This document shows, piece by piece, positions 50,020-59,237 of a DNA stretch of 59,237 nt. The translations under genes and the position numbers were made by a program. The notes under the pieces were generated by a model. It saw nothing but the letters and a program-made list of their open reading frames with translations, did no database searches and was not told the origin of the DNA. Origin of the DNA: Octopus bimaculoides (Eukaryota); the NCBI RefSeq assembly GCF_001194135.2, contig NC_068981.1:120101303-120160539 (forward strand), given 5' to 3'. The first letter of the stretch is position 1, and the number at the start of each line of letters is the position of its first letter.

Positions 50020-50897
50020 TATATGGGCAAAGCTTGGAGGACTGCTACTTTTATTGGTAACGAAGGGCCTCTTCCTCAGAGTAAAAGGCAGATTGTATGA
50101 TGCCTGTGTATGAACAGCCACATGGCCTGTGACTACTGAGGACATGCGAAGGCTTGAAAGAAATGAAGCCAGCATGCTTTGCTGGATGGGTAATGTCAAT
50201 TTTCATGTACAATAGAGTGTATGTGATTTAACAGGATAACTGGGTATGTAAAGCATGTGATGTAGTGTGTGTGATAGAAGACTGTGCTGGTATGGTCATG
50301 TGATACATAGGATGAGGACAACTGCATCAAGATATGCTGATCGCTAATTGTGGAGGGAACTAGTGAAAGGGGTAGATCCAGATAGATGTGGGATGAAGTA
50401 GTGAGAAAGGATCTTTAGACATTAGACCTCACAGAGGAGATGACAAGGGACTGAAACTTCAGGCAGTTTGCTGTGCTTGAGAAGACACGTCAAGCTAAGT
50501 AAAATCATGGCTGTCCATGCATACCTGCATTTCTTCTACATCCCTCTCTCAGCAGAGTCTTGCAAGCTCTTGTGTGCTGGTGCTATGTAAAAGTACCCAC
50601 ACTAGTGTCACATAAAAGCACCTGTATCAATACCGTTTAAAAATGCCCATGCTGCTTCTACATAAAAATACTTGTGCTGATGTCACGTAAAAGGGCCCAT
50701 GATTGTGCCATGTAAAAAAGCACTCAGTACACTCTGCAAAGGAATTAGCATTATGAAGGGCATTCAGCTGCAGAAACCATGCCAAAACAGACAAATGGAG
50801 CCTGGGCAGCTCTCCAGCTGGCCAACTTCTATCAAACCGTCCAAATCATGCCAGCATGGAGAATGGATGTTAAAAGATGATGATGAGGATGATGATG
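50020..50897 (+). mobile_element. RTE-clade LINE 3' fragment (ORF2 C-terminus, 3' UTR, (GAT)n)
   Basis: ...LLVTKGLFLRVKGRLYDACV...TWPVTTEDMRRLERNEASML; the 3' UTR carries six ~25-bp tandem units at 50574-50727. Confidence 0.9.
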
Positions 50898-51346
50898 ATA
50901 TATATGTATAAGTTTCATTAAAAAGCACTGTGCTCAAGTTTTATATCTTTTGTTTTAAACTTTACATATTTTTTTATTCTTAATTTTGAATGATAAAGTT
51001 GCTACAAATATATTCGATGTTTCATTCAGTTACATTTTCAAGAAATGAATATACTTGGCATCTATGTTGTTTCTAATATACTAGTTAAATTCATCTAGAG
51101 ACTTACCTGCCAAAGGGTTTTAACTATTAGTCTCATCCAGCACCAGCCACATATTGATTTTTTTTGTTTTGGTTAAGTTTTTACCACTACCTATTTATAT
51201 CAGTAGCCATATGTTAATTTTTATAATGTTTGCATGTATAATGCAATGTATTATTTCTAAATTTGAAATCAGTGAATGTATTTCACTAGAATTATTATAT
51301 GTTTACAAGAGCTTGACAGGCATCTTTGACTAGCAAGTCATGCTAC

Positions 51347-51389
51347 TCCAGACTGATGACGAGCAAAGACTCAGAAACATGTCTCTGGA
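51347..51389 (+). ncRNA. Minimal type I hammerhead ribozyme
   Basis: TCCAGA-CTGATGA-CGAG-CAAAGA-CTCA-GAAA-CATG-TC-TCTGGA. 6-bp stem I, short stem II (first pair C.A mismatch), palindromic stem III ACATGT, GUC cleavage triplet (cut after 51383). Confidence 0.85.
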
Positions 51390-52015
51390 TGCAGGCTTAG
51401 CTGGGTGGAGGTGCTTGTCTCCCCCTTGTAAACCTAAGGACACAGGAAATGTGTCAAGGCCGACAGGAAGCGGTGCAGCTTCCTAGGTCTAACCAACAGT
51501 AGTATTATTCCCTTCAGGGGACTGTCACATTAAGTTGACGGCATACAACTACTTCAGAGTAAATATTATCGTTAAGTATTTTCCTATCTAATTTTGTTTT
51601 ATTGTGTGTGTTATGCTTTGTGGTATCCCTTTGTTGCAAATGCATGGTGAGCCTACACAAAAGTGTTAGATGAGTATGTGCAATGCATTTTAACCAACAA
51701 TTTAATGGCTCTGCCAAATGCCACTTATGAGTATGCATAAATGCATGAGTCTGCTTTGATCTGAAAAAGATTTATAAGCCTGTAAATTACTAATACTTAA
51801 ATAAATTAATATATTCAACTCTACTTCCTGAAGTATCAAGCTTTATATTTCGTCTATTAGTACCCTTGCTATTATAAACAAGGACATCCTTTACCTATAT
51901 ATGTAAGTGTACACACACACACACACACACACACACATGCATGTGTGCATTGATTTGAATACTGAATTATGTTGAATGAATTGAAATAGGTGTGCTTAAT
52001 ATATGTTGCAGAATG

Positions 52016-52106
<91 letters not shown>

Positions 52107-52107
<1 letters not shown>

Positions 52108-52520
52108 ATAAAGCAGCTGTTCTATGGTGAGTTGTGCACTGGAAAGCATCCACAACACAAACCACAAAAAAGGTACAAAGACTGCATAAAAGATGACCTG
52201 AAGGAACTGCAGGTCGATGTAAAGAGTTGGGAAGAACCAGCTTTGGAAAGTACCGAGTGAAGGAAGCGTATAAAGGAAGGTTATAAAACCTTTGAAGAGG
52301 GTTACCTTGAGCCTGAAAGCCTAAAACACTGGCCTCAGATGGTCTTCTCATCAGGATCTCATTGAGAACATACAGGGCTGGAGGTGTGAAATATGTGGCC
52401 ATGTACTCCCTTTGAAGGCTAGGTATGCCAATCATCTGAAATCCCATAAAGATCAATTGTATGCAATAACTGCCTCCTAGATCGGTTGATTTGATATTTG
52501 TAGTGTGTGAAAGGGCTTGC
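52107..52520 (+). mobile_element. RTE-BovB-like LINE C-terminal fragment
   Basis: IKQLFYGELCTGKHPQHKPQKRYKDCIKDDLKELQVDVKSWEEPALE..*RKRIKEGYKTFEE. Confidence 0.8.
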
Positions 52521-52979
52521 AAGTTGATTTTGGGCCTGAAGTTACATATGGTGGTTCATAAGGTTCATATTTCACAGAGTGATCCAATTAATCTAGTGAG
52601 AGTTACAACTTTCATCTGTCACCTATTCTCTAAACCATTTTTTACCTATGGACCCCTTTGTTTACTATTTTTTCTCAACCATTTTCCTCAATTTTTTTTC
52701 TCAACCATTTTTTTACCTGTGGATCCCTTTGATTACTATTTTATTCTTGTGGACCTGAGAGTAGTTGCTTGATATGTTTGAGTAACATTACTAAGTTTGC
52801 CAGACAAGTTCATGTTCTTTCATGGTCAGCTTTATGTTACTTGCTGATATGTTGGGCCAAGCAGATAAACTATCTTGAGAGTATCAAAGTGCAGAAGAAA
52901 TGTTGTCTATCCCAGATCTCTTACTGAATAAAACATATTTGTTACAATTGTCTCTGTTTTATGTGTTGCAAATGTCAGT

Positions 52980-54040
52980 AATGTCATATGATCTCATTAT
53001 TTTCCACTGTCCTTCACAGTGGACTGAGTCGAAGGCTTTTTCAAAGTCAAAGAAGCGAATATCCTGACAAACTGACAAGGATGGTGCAGACCATGAATAA
53101 CAAATTTGAGTGCACAGTAGTGGACAACGGGGACAAGACAAAGTGATTTAAGGTTACAACTGGAGTCAAGCAGGGATGTTTTATGTCAGGCTTCTTGTTT
53201 CTTGTGGCAGTAGGCTGGGTTATGTGAAGAACAAAAGAAAGGTATAGGAATGGCATTAAATGAAACCTAACAAACACACACAAAGCTCTCAACTTCACAG
53301 ATGACATAGTATTTCTATTATCTGCCTACAAATACATCCAGAGCATGACACACCAACTGGCAGAGAACCCTCACAAAATTGCCTTAAACACAACTTAGAA
53401 AAATGTAAAACACTAAGGAATAATGCCAGACAACAAATTCATGTGAGAATTGGCAACAACGAGGTGGAAGATATCAAAGAATTTGTTTAGCTTGGAACAG
53501 CAGTTAAGAAAGACAAAGGGGGAACAGAAGATATAAAGAACGAAATATTCGAAGCCCAAAGTTCATTTGGCAAAGGTATGATGAGGCAAAGGTATAGGCC
53601 TCAAAATGAAGCTGAAGCTGTTCAAGATATTGATCTACCAGAATTACTCTAAGGATGTGAAAACAAGAAAGTGACAAAAATAGAATAAAAAACAATGGAC
53701 AGCTTCCAATTCCCATGCTCAAGGAGAATACTTGACATCAAGTGGCTGCAAAGAGTCTGAAATGACAACTGAGATGACAACGAGCATCAACAGGATCAGT
53801 GACGAAATAAGACTCAGATGCTGGAACTGGATTGGATATGTCTTCAGACAAGACTGAGAAAGTGATTGTATGGTGGGACTAAAGTGAATAGAAAAGAGCA
53901 GCAGGGTATCCTAGAACCACATGGCAAAGGACCATTGACAAGAAAAGGAGACAAGAAGGATGGAGAAGCTGGAATGAGATCAGAACAGTGGCAAAAAACA
54001 GAGCTGGTTGGAGAGATTGTGGTGTGGCCTTGTTGCATAT
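52980..54040 (+). mobile_element. RTE-clade LINE, 5'-truncated, with an inverted 5' segment (52980-53055 on the minus strand)
   Basis: Minus: FDFEKAFDSVH...WKIMRSYDI. Plus from ~53057: PDKLTRMVQTMNNKFECTVVDNG...FKVTTGVKQGCFMSGFLFLVAVGWVM...FTDDI...WNWIGYV. Confidence 0.88.
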
Positions 54041-56374
54041 ACATTTTAAATTACAAGAAAATATATTAAGGAAAGCCAAAATTATAGTTTTTCTTCAGTC
54101 TCAAAATTAGAACTATCAGTAAACTCAGTTTCAAGTTTTATACATCTGTAGAGACCTTGTTTGGCCCTGCCTGCCTGAGATTCGAAATCGAATCTAGAAA
54201 TTCTCTCTGGCCATACGACCTATTGTTGTCAAAAGGGAATGCTGATTAATGCATTTTCCGTTTGACCCATGACATTGCTATATCATAGAAAGTTTAAGTA
54301 AATAAGTGTGAACTATATTAATTTAGCTACAGTTAAAACGGTATATCCATTTTTCTAGCTAGTCTGTATCATTATAAATACTTGCAGTTTACAAAGAAAA
54401 ATCAGTTAGTGAGAGCGACCAACAGAGAATAAGCTGACTGGCTGAATGAAACGTCACAGAGAGACAACTATGGAATTCACCAATGATGCAGTTGTCTTGA
54501 CCACCACTCTCTTACTTTACCTTCTCACTAACTCACTTTTGTTTCAACGACATCACTCTGTCTCTGTCTACTGCTTAAATGACCCGGGACATATAAATCT
54601 TATGCTATCTACTTGTTCAACTTAATTCACTCTATCTTCTTCTGATCCCTGTTTTAACATCAAGTAGTTAAACATGCAAACAGCAACATTCATACATGAA
54701 AATATAACTCTCTTTACCTCACATACTTGCTGACTAAATTTTTATGCATGCCTACCCATCCTGGTTAGGAAATGATTATATGCAATGGAAAAATAAATAT
54801 GTCATCTGCAACTTCGGCTAGTGTCTTTCTTTCCTGAAGTCACCATCATCATATTTACTTTCAACATAGACAACAACCGTTACATTCTGGTAACCATTTT
54901 GTTACACATCATAAAAACTTTAAAAAATTCAACTTTAGACATGTTTTTGTTTTACAGTAAAAAGAAAATAAGTATAACTATATACAAAAAGCACTTTCTA
55001 AAATTTGGCTATAAGCTAAGTCAAAGTAATGTGAGGAGGGCTACTGTTGGCAAAATGTAGGGTGTGCAAGGGAAGAAGGAGATGAAAGAAGCATTCAGTG
55101 GAAAACAAAATGATATGGGATAAAAGTGAGAATTTGTAATGAAAAGTTAGAGGTTCCAGGATGGGTGAGCAGTAGGGGGTTGAAATATGAGTTCTAAACA
55201 TAAACATCAACTGAGTGAATAGCACTATAGTCAGAAAAGTGATAGAAAGGAAAATGTTAGGAAGATGAGTTGTGGGTGGGTGGGTGATTAGGGGAACTCA
55301 TCAGGGACAGATTGGGTGCTGGTACAGAGATAAGGCATATGCTTTGAGGGCCTAAATTTTACTTAGGTGGATGAGTCTTCTCAAGCACAGCAAATCACCA
55401 ATCTTCTCAGTCCTTTGTCATCTCTGCCATAAGGCTCAACTTCCAATATACATATATACCTATAAAATAATCTGCTTGTTCATTCACCTGTTACACTTTA
55501 GTTAGTTAGAGAGTTGGAGGTGGAGTGAATGTGAGGTGGAGTAAAAGTGAGAGAGGGGAAAAGTGTGAGTATAGAAGAAAGGAAGAAGTATAGAAACGTG
55601 TATAATAAAGCCATATGCGTCATGTGGTTAGTTGAAGGGTGAGGTGAAGAGCAAGAGAAAATGATGGTGAGAGAAAAGAGGAAGAGAGAAGCGTTAACAA
55701 TGTGCAGTAGGGTGGGGAGGGAAAGGTAAAGAGAAAGAGATATATAAGGATACAATATTTAGCAGAGGGTGATGTTCTGGCGGTGAGGTAAAAGAAAGAC
55801 AGAAAGAGAGAGATGGACAGGGGAGGCAGTTACATTGAGAGAGAGAGAGAGAGAGAGAGAAAGCATTTGTATTGTCAGAATAAATAGAGATACAGTGACA
55901 GCAAGAAAAAGTAAACAGCTGGACTGAAATGAAATGAGCTTTGTTACTGAAAACTATAGTGATGATGATGATGATGGTGGTGTGTTGATAGGGAAAAGTA
56001 TTTTCCTTTATTGTACTAAATCTATATTATTCTTCTACCTGTTCATTCACATTTTGCACCTTAATTTGTTCGAGAGGAGGTGGCAGAGGTGGAGTGAGAG
56101 AGATAGGAAGACAGAATGTGAGAGTGAGTGAGGGAGCAGATAGCTAGCTGATGCATTATGCAGTCACTCATGTAGTTAGTGGAAGTGAGAGATGAAGAGA
56201 AAGAGAGAAATGTTAAGAGATTACATAGTTAAAGAGTTTGTTGAAGAAGTAGAAAGAGGGAAGAAAACTTTTAAATCATATTATTGTGGCTTTCTTAGAT
56301 AGCTTCTCTTAATCTTTTTTTCTCTGTGGAATTTCCATGGATCCTGCTAGTATATATTTAAACATATATATGTG

Positions 56375-56480
56375 AATTTGTTCCTCCTACCACCGTGTGA
56401 CAGTTGTTGTTGGTTTGTTTACGTCACTAGCGGTTCGACAAAAAGAACCGATAGATTAAGTACCAGACTTACAAAATAAG
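56375..56480 (+). mobile_element. SINE family A, 3' fragment
   Basis: TTTGTTCCTCCTACCACC...TTTACGTC...GCGGTTCGACAAAAAGAACCGATAG..AAGTACCAG. Confidence 0.75.
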
Positions 56481-56509
56481 ATATTCAACTTCGATGTGCA
56501 GATATATGT

Positions 56510-56705
56510 TTCAAATTTTGGCACAAGACCAGCAATTTTGGGGATGGGGTAAGTCGATTACATTGATCCAGTGCTCAACTGGTACTAATTTTGTCAAATC
56601 CTTAAAGGATGAAAGACAAAGTGGACCTCGGTGGAATTTGAACTCAGAGCATAAAGACGAACGAAATGCTGCTATGCTAATAGTTCTGCTAGCTCGCCAC
56701 CTTAC
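56510..56705 (-). mobile_element. SINE family B
   Basis: Reverse complement of the family B consensus, CpGs largely retained. Confidence 0.88.
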
Positions 56706-56749
56706 AAACAATATAATAATAAACAATATAATAATCAAATGTTCCCAAA

Positions 56750-58200
56750 TACCTGCAGACGTGTAGACGATCTTGGGACCTACCTGATTGGCAAATGTCC
56801 AGGCAAATGACCTTTTTTTTTTTTTTTTACTATATGCCTAACGTCGGTATGTCATACAGATCTATCTATCTATCTTAGATAAATAGACATACATACATGA
56901 ATGTATGCATACATGCACATACATGAATGCATGCATACATACACGCACGCATAGAAGAAGGAAGAGAGAGGGCAGGAATGTCAAACACGTGAGTATTCCG
57001 TCATCAGTTGTTTTCTATTTACATTTCTCATATTTGGTTATCTGCCTCAATTTATTGATAAAAACATAAACCAGTTTATTATGAATAAGTGAAAAATAGC
57101 AAATAACTATATTATCTCGACTGCTACCAGACGTGAATGTTTTGCAGTGCTTTCACAAACTACCACACTTACGTCCCTTTGTAAATTTTTGATGATATTC
57201 GACAGTCCTTAAAAATGACTGCAATAATCCTGACGTCTTTGCTATTGTCGCTTTCAGTTGTTCCCGTTTTAAGCCAGGTTCGTACCATTTTATTATTCCA
57301 TGCGCGTGCACATACACCCCCCACACACATGTATGTATATTTGTATGTACATCTGTGTTTGTATGTGTGTGTGTACATATATGTGAGTGTATTGTAATTA
57401 TAATGTTTATTTCCTTTAATAACAAAATCAACTAGACAACTGATTAATGTAACGAATAAATTAATTATATGTTTAAATGGGTATTGTTGTTTGCTTATTC
57501 ACTTTATATTTGAAAAGTCACTTTTCTGTTAAGTGTAAGTTACGATTGCGAAAGAATGATTGAAGGAGTTGACCGAGCGGAAGTCTGATCTTGAAAAGTG
57601 AGAGAAGAAATTAATGTCTTTAAACATTTACTTTGGTGCTTATTCACTTATTTTGGTCTTTAATTGTTCGTCCTTGTTAGAAATAATAAAAAGCAAAATC
57701 AGAAAGACAACGTATACGAAAGAGAGCAGTAAAGAATAGAAAAGAAACAAGAAAGCCACATCCAACCTTTCGTTCTTCTAAGTACAATATGTACTTTTAG
57801 GAAAACAATAGTTTAATAAATTAACTGAGGTATTGTTTTAGTCTGTCTTCAGATTCATAGCACCAACAGGAGATCAAGACACTCTTGTATGAAACTTTTA
57901 CTGACGCCAGAAAGTTACCCTCAGTTTGTCTCTGGATCATACCAGTAGCGGGGAAGGTCTAAGAAATGATATGCGAGCCTTATTTTTGATGACATTCGAC
58001 ATTTTTTAAAAGTCCTGTGCCGGTGGGGAGGTGTTGATGGGCGAAGGTAAAGCGCGTGTACACCACCCATTTCTGGTGTTTTTGTTTTTCTAAAAAATTT
58101 TTTCGGAGTTCTGTTTTTGATATAGGAGAATACGGAATTTTTTATTGCCTTCACAGTGTTTACTGTTTTATAAATCAAACTAGAAAACTGGACAAATCAG
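56750..58200. promoter_or_regulatory. CpG-retaining, promoter-like region with an ETS-type CGGAAGT motif (~57578)
   Basis: By eye, CpG density is well above the rest of the window in non-SINE sequence; GAGCGGAAGT is present; donor-like sites face outward on both strands (57172 minus, 57831 plus). Confidence 0.35.
57173..57288 (-). CDS. Possible first coding exon of an unidentified minus-strand gene (MVRTWLKTGTTESDNSKDVRIIAVIFKDCRISSKIYKG, phase-2 end)
   Basis: AAAATGG start context, 38 open codons and a consensus donor AC|GTAAGT, in CpG-retaining sequence. No homology is recognised, and part of it resembles 57983-58016, so it may be a repeat. Confidence 0.25.
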
Positions 58201-58474
58201 AGAGCACAGTTGAAAAANNNNNNNNNNNNNNNNNNNNNNNNNNNNNNNNNNNNNNNNNNNNNNNNNNNNNNNNNNNNNNNNNNNNNNNNNNNNNNNNNNN
58301 NNNNNNNNNNNNNNNNNNNNNNNNNNNNNNNNNNNNNNNNNNNNNNNNNNNNNNNNNNNNNNNNNNNNNNNNNNNNNNNNNNNNNNNNNNNNNNNNNNNN
58401 NNNNNNNNNNNNNNNNNNNNNNNNNNNNNNNNNNNNNNNNNNNNNNNNNNNNNNNNNNNNNNNNNNNNNNNNNN

Positions 58475-59237
58475 CCGACCCCACCAAACGTTTTGAATGC
58501 CACAGGATGGAAAATGTAGTTGGCTGACAGATCGTGGTATTTCAGGATTTTGTTCCGCTTGGCCGCAGAAGCTGTGAATCTTGCCCTGACCACAGCATCC
58601 AGGATGTGAGAAGAAGCAAAGGAGTCGCTAACGTGACATCCCAGACAAGGCATCTGCCTTGCAACCAGAGGCACAGGGTGAGGCCGTCAGGTCTCTTCCC
58701 ATCACATCTGGACAATCCAGATGGTTCCAAGATGGAGGGGACCGATTGTGAGCACGCCTTTGCAGTAAAACAGTGAAGGGTGCAGCCAATTGCGATGGGG
58801 CGCAGGTCTCCATTGGGTTTGGTGAGCCTGAATAATTTTGCACCGAAGAATAGTGGGCGGATATAAGGAAGGATGTTTGCTGAAGAGAACTGATTCACAA
58901 ACTGAGTCAAATTCTCCAAGAGCTCAAGTCCGGCATCACCAGCTGATAAGGAGATACCATACTTTAGGTGTTGAGGCTGAAGGCCATCAATTCCTGCACC
59001 TGAACCAGTAAGGAAGAATGAAATCACCTTTCTGATGTTATCAGAGGTGAACACCGGTCACAAGTATTCTGGGGGATTGGGCCAATTTAGTTGATTATTA
59101 GTGGGTGCTGGTGGGAGCTTCTTTTTCAGACATCTAAGAGACTCAGAGTCACACAGAGCAAGAGAGGAGTCGGACAGCCCCTTTTATGTTGAATTTGCTG
59201 AATTTAGCATTGACTGCACGCTTAAGGTTTATTGGTT
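58475..59237 (-). mobile_element. CRE-clade (RLE-bearing) non-LTR retrotransposon fragment with a large internal deletion
   Basis: [15 protein letters not shown]...[25 protein letters not shown] (RT domains 0-2) runs directly into [30 protein letters not shown], then (frameshift) ...[23 protein letters not shown] (PD..D restriction-like endonuclease). Confidence 0.85.

Noticed and set aside
55030-55870. Purine-rich tract as a functional triplex element
   Set aside because: An imperfect low-complexity tract, probably decayed PLE-like pyrimidine blocks on the minus strand; no clear mirror symmetry.

Overview
AT-rich, repeat-dense eukaryotic non-coding DNA from a draft assembly with seven N-gaps. 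The SINE/LINE families and the dense (TA)n/(TG)n/(GAT)n microsatellites look like those of an octopus/coleoid cephalopod; this is inferred from recognition, not from a database search. No protein-coding gene can be identified with confidence, and nearly all six-frame ORFs are microsatellite, gap or transposon artefacts. The window holds at least four tRNA-derived SINE families, RTE, CR1/Zenon and CRE-clade LINE remnants, pogo and mariner transposase fossils, several MITEs, Penelope-like (PLE) fragments and a 5S rRNA pseudogene. Highlights: (1) two essentially complete minimal type I hammerhead ribozymes (30359-30413, 51347-51389) plus several decayed ones from unrelated carriers; (2) a ~364-bp spacerless near-perfect palindrome (25998-26361); (3) an RTE LINE with a twin-priming-like 5' inversion; (4) a CRE-clade LINE with an in-frame deletion fusing the start of RT to the endonuclease; (5) a perfect 55-bp inverted repeat pair 4 kb apart, possibly inversion breakpoints; (6) a CpG-retaining, promoter-like right end, suggesting the window is mostly intron of a minus-strand gene.
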